Shown here in pieces: positions 62,450-64,000 of a stretch of 64,000 nt of DNA; within the stretch, counting starts at the first letter, position 1; each line of letters starts with the position of its first letter. The position numbers and the translations under genes were made by a program. The notes under the pieces were generated by a model that worked only from the letters and a program-made list of their open reading frames with translations, did not search any database and was not told the origin of the DNA. The DNA is taken from NCBI RefSeq assembly GCF_000143415.4, contig NW_003314287.1, forward strand, positions 1,257,374 to 1,321,373, in the 5' to 3' direction. The DNA is from Selaginella moellendorffii. Lineage: Eukaryota > Plantae > Lycopodiophyta.

Positions 62450-63700
62450 GATAATGAGAAAAAAAAACTACCCCGGATTATACACATGAGCTCCCATGGT
62501 TGTCTAACCTGCCACCTACTCCATATGGTCAAAATGTACCTATGCATTAGCAAGGTCACTCGACCCAGACATATCCATTTGGGAAATAAGATCTACACTA
62601 GAGGCGGGGCCTATGGTAGAAAATTTTGAAAACGAAGGGGTGTTTTTGCTCACTAACGACTTGATCTGGAAATAAACTCCCATGGATAAACTCGTAGGGA
62701 TAAGTTTGTTTTATTTCAAAGATTGAGTTGATTTTTTATTGGAGTTTCCCCTCTCGAGATTCACACATCCAAGACTTTATCCTAAATAAAACAGAATGTA
62801 AGAGAGATATTATTGAAAAGTATGTAATAATATTTTTATACCTTCTAAGGCTAGTTGCAGGTTGCATATGTCGTAGTAACTCTGGCAAGCTAGCCTCATC
62901 CAGTTGAGTATTCTCGTAGTCCAGATCAAGTAAAGTGCTTGCGATAAAATCCTTGAGCATTGTTTTTTGAACATGCTTCGAAGTTGCAGATGAGTTTCTC
63001 ACAGTTTCTATCTACACTACATATTTAAAACGGTTGATTGAACTCCTTTGTATCCCTTCATGCATTGGATGTGTGTGTGTGCCAATATATACTACAGCTC
63101 TACCATCCTCTCCATCCCATGGAAGAAAATAATACATCTTGGCCCTGCATATGGCACGACACAGTGGAGCATTCTTGCAAAATTGACATTTGAATCCAAT
63201 ACCAATGGTGTCACAGATGGGAGGATTGGTTGCAGATCCTTCAAAAAATGTGGAGTTTTTACCACGCTCTCGATTGCATGCTTTATTCACACAATCCAAA
63301 TACCCACCACAATGAACCATAGATACTGTGCTTTCGAAATGCTGGAAATGTGTGGTCTTGATCTTGCACCAGTTGTGGACATCTTACTTAGTCTCCATCC
63401 CCTTTTGTTTTGAGCTGACAAGAGGTGGTAGTTCAAAGAAGATATTGCCATTGTATGTAGATGGGATCTCGTTAACGGGCCTATGCAGAAAGGAATGCAT
63501 GTCGATAGAGAGGTGGGAAAACTGGAAAGCGTTGCAAACAACTTTAAATATCGGTGAAGTTGGAGTTTGGAAATTCTTGGCTCACATTGGACTAACATCT
63601 CCACTAGAACTAGAAGAGGAAGAAATGATGACGAATATTCACTTTGGCAGGATTGCAGCCTTGCACTTTGATTGGAGATCCAAAAACTTGAATCTCCTTC
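62450..63700 (-). mobile_element. Decayed DNA-transposase-like gene with a GCM/WRKY-like zinc-binding region
   Basis: CGGYLDCVNKAC...CQFC...CRAKMYY...RAVVYIGTHTHP, followed by YEFIH..YF, STIGPASSVDL, A*VHFDH...G*TTMGAHVYNP with stops; from recall this resembles a MULE-related transposase family seen in mosses and marine invertebrates. Confidence 0.55.
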
Positions 63701-64000
63701 GACTTAGAATGTTGCAAATCCCAATGTTGTCCACCTTCACCTACACCCGAAAGAAGAAACTTTGATTGTTCAACTACACCAATGTTGTTGTGAATCACAG
63801 CCTCCAATGAAATAGAACCGAGAGAAAGATCGAAACGTCGGCAAAGAAAACTTTCTGAAATAAGACTTTGGGAGAAAGAAAGTGGTGGGTGATCTCGGTA
63901 ATGCAAAAGGAAACTCTCCATTTTGTTGCTTTTAGGTTTTGGAACTTTAAACTTTTATAAAGAAAATGTCACCTCAAACATGGCTTTTTTTTTTTTTTTT

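Overview
Eukaryotic, intron-containing plant DNA. The very short introns (~50-90 bp), tight gene spacing and gene content suggest a lycophyte such as Selaginella (inference). Conserved genes: an ERN1/RAP2.11-type AP2/ERF factor, two tandem purine permeases, a large KP-43-type subtilase with bacterial-type Ig-like repeats and a GPI-like tail, an M18 aspartyl aminopeptidase, a cation-chloride cotransporter (CCC1) and a conserved plant protein of unknown function. They are interspersed with Ty3/gypsy LTR relics, decayed endonuclease-bearing Helitron (Helentron-like) fragments, a MITE and a GCM-zinc-finger transposase relic. The most notable signal is a family of small secreted 8-Cys peptides (CxCx4Cx6CxCx3CxCxC) with 8 members in the window. 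Four are identical, in a 1213-bp tandem array where each copy carries the TATA-like/G-box-containing 3' half of an LTR. One more is a diverged intact gene and three are pseudogenes. A 100-N assembly gap lies at 44320-44419. Multi-exon coordinates give gene spans; exon boundaries and TE boundaries were read by eye and are approximate unless stated.
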